The translations under genes and the position numbers were made by a program. Shown piece after piece: positions 61,497-64,000 of a stretch of 64,000 bases of DNA; position 1 is the stretch's first letter, and each line of letters starts with the position of its first letter. The notes beneath the pieces are model-generated. The model searched no databases, was not told where the DNA came from, and saw nothing but the letters and a program-made list of their open reading frames with translations. Origin of the DNA: an uncultured bacterium (GTDB lineage: Bacteria > Armatimonadota > Fervidibacteria > Fervidibacterales > Fervidibacteraceae); the NCBI GenBank assembly GCA_964466785.1, contig CAYXOD010000014.1, positions 24,003 through 88,002 on the forward strand. The letters are read 5' to 3'.

Positions 61497-62858
61497 TTAC
61501 CTTCTTGAAGCGAAAACTGGCGAAAAGAATTTTCGTCTGGCGAAAATCAACGCTGTCAATATGCCACTGAAAATCGTTGATAAACTCATCGTCCACCAAG
61601 CAGCGACTGCATCGTAGCCGAAATGGTGGCACAGGATATAAGTTGCAGGCAGCCTGAAAAGCCATTGGGAGCCAACGGTGATGACTGCCGGTGTAACTGT
61701 ATCACCAGCGCCCCTTAATGCTCCACTTAAAGTCATCCCCAGTCCGAGAAGTGGCTCTGCGAAAGCGTTGATTTTCAGGTAGGTAGCGATGTAGTGGCGG
61801 GTTAGTGGCTCATTTGAAAACTTCTCTGCTAACCAATCAGCTCCGAGGAAAAAGATGACCCCAACGATGCCCATGATAACCGAGCACCAAATTGCTGCTT
61901 GCCAAGCACCTTTCCTCGCTCGCTTGACTTGACCTGCTCCTATGTTTTGACCGACAAGGGTTTGGGCTGCAATTCCAAAGGCGATTCCTGGCATGAAAGC
62001 CAACGCTTCTATCCTCAAACCTGCTGTCAATGCCGCTATGGCAGCAGTGCTCTCTTTAGTGTGGGAAAGGATGCCAAAGTAGATGGTTGAAGCCAACGAC
62101 CACAAAAGTGATTGAACTCCGCTCGGTATCCCAAGCGTAAGCAACTGACGGTGCTCCTCATAGTGCCATCCCTTGAGACGAAGGGAGACAAATCTAAGTT
62201 GGCTGCTCTTGTATCGCGCTAACAACCAAATCAAGATGACAATTCTGCTGAGCACAAATGCCAATGCAACACCGACTATGCCAAACATAGGAACAAATAA
62301 GGCACACATGAGCAATTGGCTGATAACTCCGGCGAGCATGGAATACATTGGCGTTACCATATCTCCGATGCCGCGATAAAGCGACATCATTCCGAACTCT
62401 GCTCCTGCTAATGGACAGACGAGCAAAAAGACGGCGAAGTAGAGGGTTGCCAATTGCCGAACTTTAGGTGGTATGCCGAGCCAATCCCAAATTGGGTCTT
62501 TGAAGAACCAGAGGGACATTGCGAGGAAACCGAACAAAAGCCCTTGCTGAAGGGTCGCCGTGGTAACCCTTTGAGCACCATCCAAGTCGTTAGCACCCCA
62601 CCTTTGGGCAAGCAAAGTTGTTGCTCCTGTGGAAAGCATCATGACCAAGACCATCAAAAGCCAGTTGACTTGCCCCGCCGAACCAACAGCCGCTATGGCT
62701 TCGTCGCCCAATGGCTTGACGAAGTATGTCTCGCCAAGCCCACCGATTGTCAAGGTGATTTGAGTGATTAGTGTCGGAACCGCAAGCACTGTCAGGGCGT
62801 ATCGTAAATCACCTTGAACTGCCACAGCATTAATCTTTTCGTCCATCTGCCCTTTCAT
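61497..62858 (-). CDS. MATE-family efflux transporter
   Basis: 453 aa with 12 TM helices and the typical two-lobe repeat. Supporting motifs are P..i.q......g..dt.FvG-like LGETYFVKPLGDEAIAAVG and ALRGAGDTVTPA. Confidence 0.85.
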   Translation of the reverse strand: MKGQMDEKINAVAVQGDLRYALTVLAVPTLITQITLTIGGLGETYFVKPLGDEAIAAVGSAGQVNWLLMVLVMMLSTGATTLLAQRWGANDLDGAQRVTTATLQQGLLFGFLAMSLWFFKDPIWDWLGIPPKVRQLATLYFAVFLLVCPLAGAEFGMMSLYRGIGDMVTPMYSMLAGVISQLLMCALFVPMFGIVGVALAFVLSRIVILIWLLARYKSSQLRFVSLRLKGWHYEEHRQLLTLGIPSGVQSLLWSLASTIYFGILSHTKESTAAIAALTAGLRIEALAFMPGIAFGIAAQTLVGQNIGAGQVKRARKGAWQAAIWCSVIMGIVGVIFFLGADWLAEKFSNEPLTRHYIATYLKINAFAEPLLGLGMTLSGALRGAGDTVTPAVITVGSQWLFRLPATYILCHHFGYDAVAAWWTMSLSTIFSGILTALIFARRKFFSPVFASRR

Positions 62859-62921
62859 CCTTTCCGTTGGGTTTGCTCTTCTCTTTCGTGCGGAGCGAAC
62901 TGTTTGGTTTTTGCCTCTGTT

Positions 62922-63737
62922 TCACCTAAACACTTTTCGCAAATAGTCAAGACTTTCTTTCGCAATTCGCTCCGCTCCGGGCGAGAAATGAAAAACCTCA
63001 ACGCTCACGAAACCATCGTAGTTGATTTCCTTCAAAGCCTTTGCGAGGGGTGTGAAGTCAACTTCGCCCATGCCCGGACCGAGCCTGTTGACATCGTTGG
63101 CGTGGACATGGCGCAAGTGCGGCGCTGCTTTACGAACTGCTTCGTCAAGTTTCAAACCTTCGTTAGTTGCGCTCTTGACATCTATCATCGTTTGCAAGTT
63201 GGGGTGGTTCATCTCACGGACGAACCTCAAGGCTTCGTCAAGGGTGGAGATGAAATCGGTTTCGTTGGGAAGCGATTCAATGCAAAAAGTGATGTTAAGT
63301 TCCTCCGCTAGTGGCAACAAATCTGAAAAGAAGGCTTTTGTTCGTTCCCAGGCTGCCTCGTAAGTGTCGCCGGTAACGAGGGAGCGTTGCTTCGGTGAAC
63401 CGACGACCATAATTTTCCCGCCCAAATCAGCACAGAAGCGGATTAACTCGCGAAAGTAAGCCTTAGTCTGCTCGCGGATAGAATCATCAGGAGTTGTCAA
63501 GTGCATTCCTGGTGGCGAGACGAGCAACCAGTGCAATCCCACAATTTCCAAACCCAACTTTTCAGCAAGTTCCCTAATTTGCTTTCGTTCCTCTGGAGAG
63601 ATCTGCTCAACTCGTTCAGTGATAGTGAAAGGGGCAATTTCAACACCTTCGTAGCCGACTTCCTTGATGAAAGCGAAAGCGTCCTCTAACCGCCAGCCTT
63701 GAAAAATTTCGTTACAAATGGCGAACTTAATCGGCAT
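62922..63737 (-). CDS. Sugar phosphate isomerase/epimerase (xylose-isomerase-like TIM barrel)
   Basis: MPIKFAICNEIF...GYEGVEIAPF, and HVHANDVN...VSVEVF. GGAGGG RBS lies 7 nt before ATG 63737. Confidence 0.78.
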   Translation of the reverse strand: MPIKFAICNEIFQGWRLEDAFAFIKEVGYEGVEIAPFTITERVEQISPEERKQIRELAEKLGLEIVGLHWLLVSPPGMHLTTPDDSIREQTKAYFRELIRFCADLGGKIMVVGSPKQRSLVTGDTYEAAWERTKAFFSDLLPLAEELNITFCIESLPNETDFISTLDEALRFVREMNHPNLQTMIDVKSATNEGLKLDEAVRKAAPHLRHVHANDVNRLGPGMGEVDFTPLAKALKEINYDGFVSVEVFHFSPGAERIAKESLDYLRKVFR

Positions 63738-63883
63738 CTGCCATCCCTCCATGTCCGTCTTTACCTGTCCTTCACACTGCCATCATTTTGTCGCTTCGTG
63801 CCAAAGTTTTGAAGGGGAGAAAAACCCAAAAAGGTTCGTGACAGCGCTACCGATTATCGTTGCATTTTACAGGTGACAAATCC

Positions 63884-64000
63884 ATGCAAATGTGTCCTGA
63901 ATGTAGCACCAACAACAAAAACACGGCGAGGTTTTGCGTCAAGTGCGGTGCTCCTCTCAGGAAGTTGAGAGGGCGGTGGACTGTCTTGTATGGTCGCTAC
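63884..64000 (+). CDS. Zinc-ribbon N-terminus of a protein truncated by the window end
   Basis: MQMCPECSTNNKNTARFCVKCGAPL. AGGTGA RBS. The frame is open to base 64000. Confidence 0.5.
   Translation, partial: MQMCPECSTNNKNTARFCVKCGAPLRKLRGRWTVLYGRY

Noticed and set aside
1-64000. tRNA, rRNA, tmRNA, prophage, integrase or IS elements.
   Set aside because: Scanning for T-arm-like GGTTCGAATCC-type motifs and for integrase or transposase-like ORFs found nothing. The only mobile-looking DNA is the short non-coding repeat families.

Overview
64-kb chromosomal window with about 55 protein genes on both strands. I found no rRNA, tRNA, CRISPR array, transposase or integrase. The content suggests a glycan-degrading, possibly thermophilic bacterium of Armatimonadota/Planctomycetota type, which is inference only. 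It rests on an H-X9-DG pseudopilin, a BatA-type VWA protein, several glycoside hydrolases and strong GGAGGTG-type ribosome-binding sites.

Well-supported core genes:
- deoB
- A complete lipid-synthesis operon: plsX-fabH-fabD-fabG-acpP-fabF, followed by rnc
- Photolyase, hisF, an rlmI-like methyltransferase, thrC, ilvB, cstA
- A MATE pump, an ABC-2 transporter, mlaE, and an amidase

Accessory or unusual content:
1. Four families of short intergenic repeats are combined as mosaics at seven or more loci. One is a 78-bp terminal-inverted-repeat element that appears nested inside another repeat unit.
2. Two divergent paralogues of a ~640-aa polytopic membrane protein of unknown function lie about 8 kb apart. 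One is broken by two frame changes. It sits in a module with an AraC regulator carrying an in-frame TAA, an H-X9-DG pseudopilin, and an unannotated 54-aa membrane peptide.
3. A nucleotidyltransferase/HEPN-like frame carries three in-frame stops and no frameshift. A second nucleotidyltransferase remnant lies inside the fab operon.
4. A small ORF is translationally coupled to a retropepsin-like protease.
5. A SPPY-type methyltransferase has motif I ahead of motif IV. It is coupled to an unknown 131-aa ORF and sits between thrC and a MoaD-like (GG+RQNS tail)/NIL-domain pair.
6. A glycerol-1-phosphate-dehydrogenase-like gene and an orphan TadE/TadG pair are present.

The ORF track prints M for TTG and GTG starts, so many starts were re-evaluated by eye. 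All family assignments are motif recognition by eye; no searches were run.
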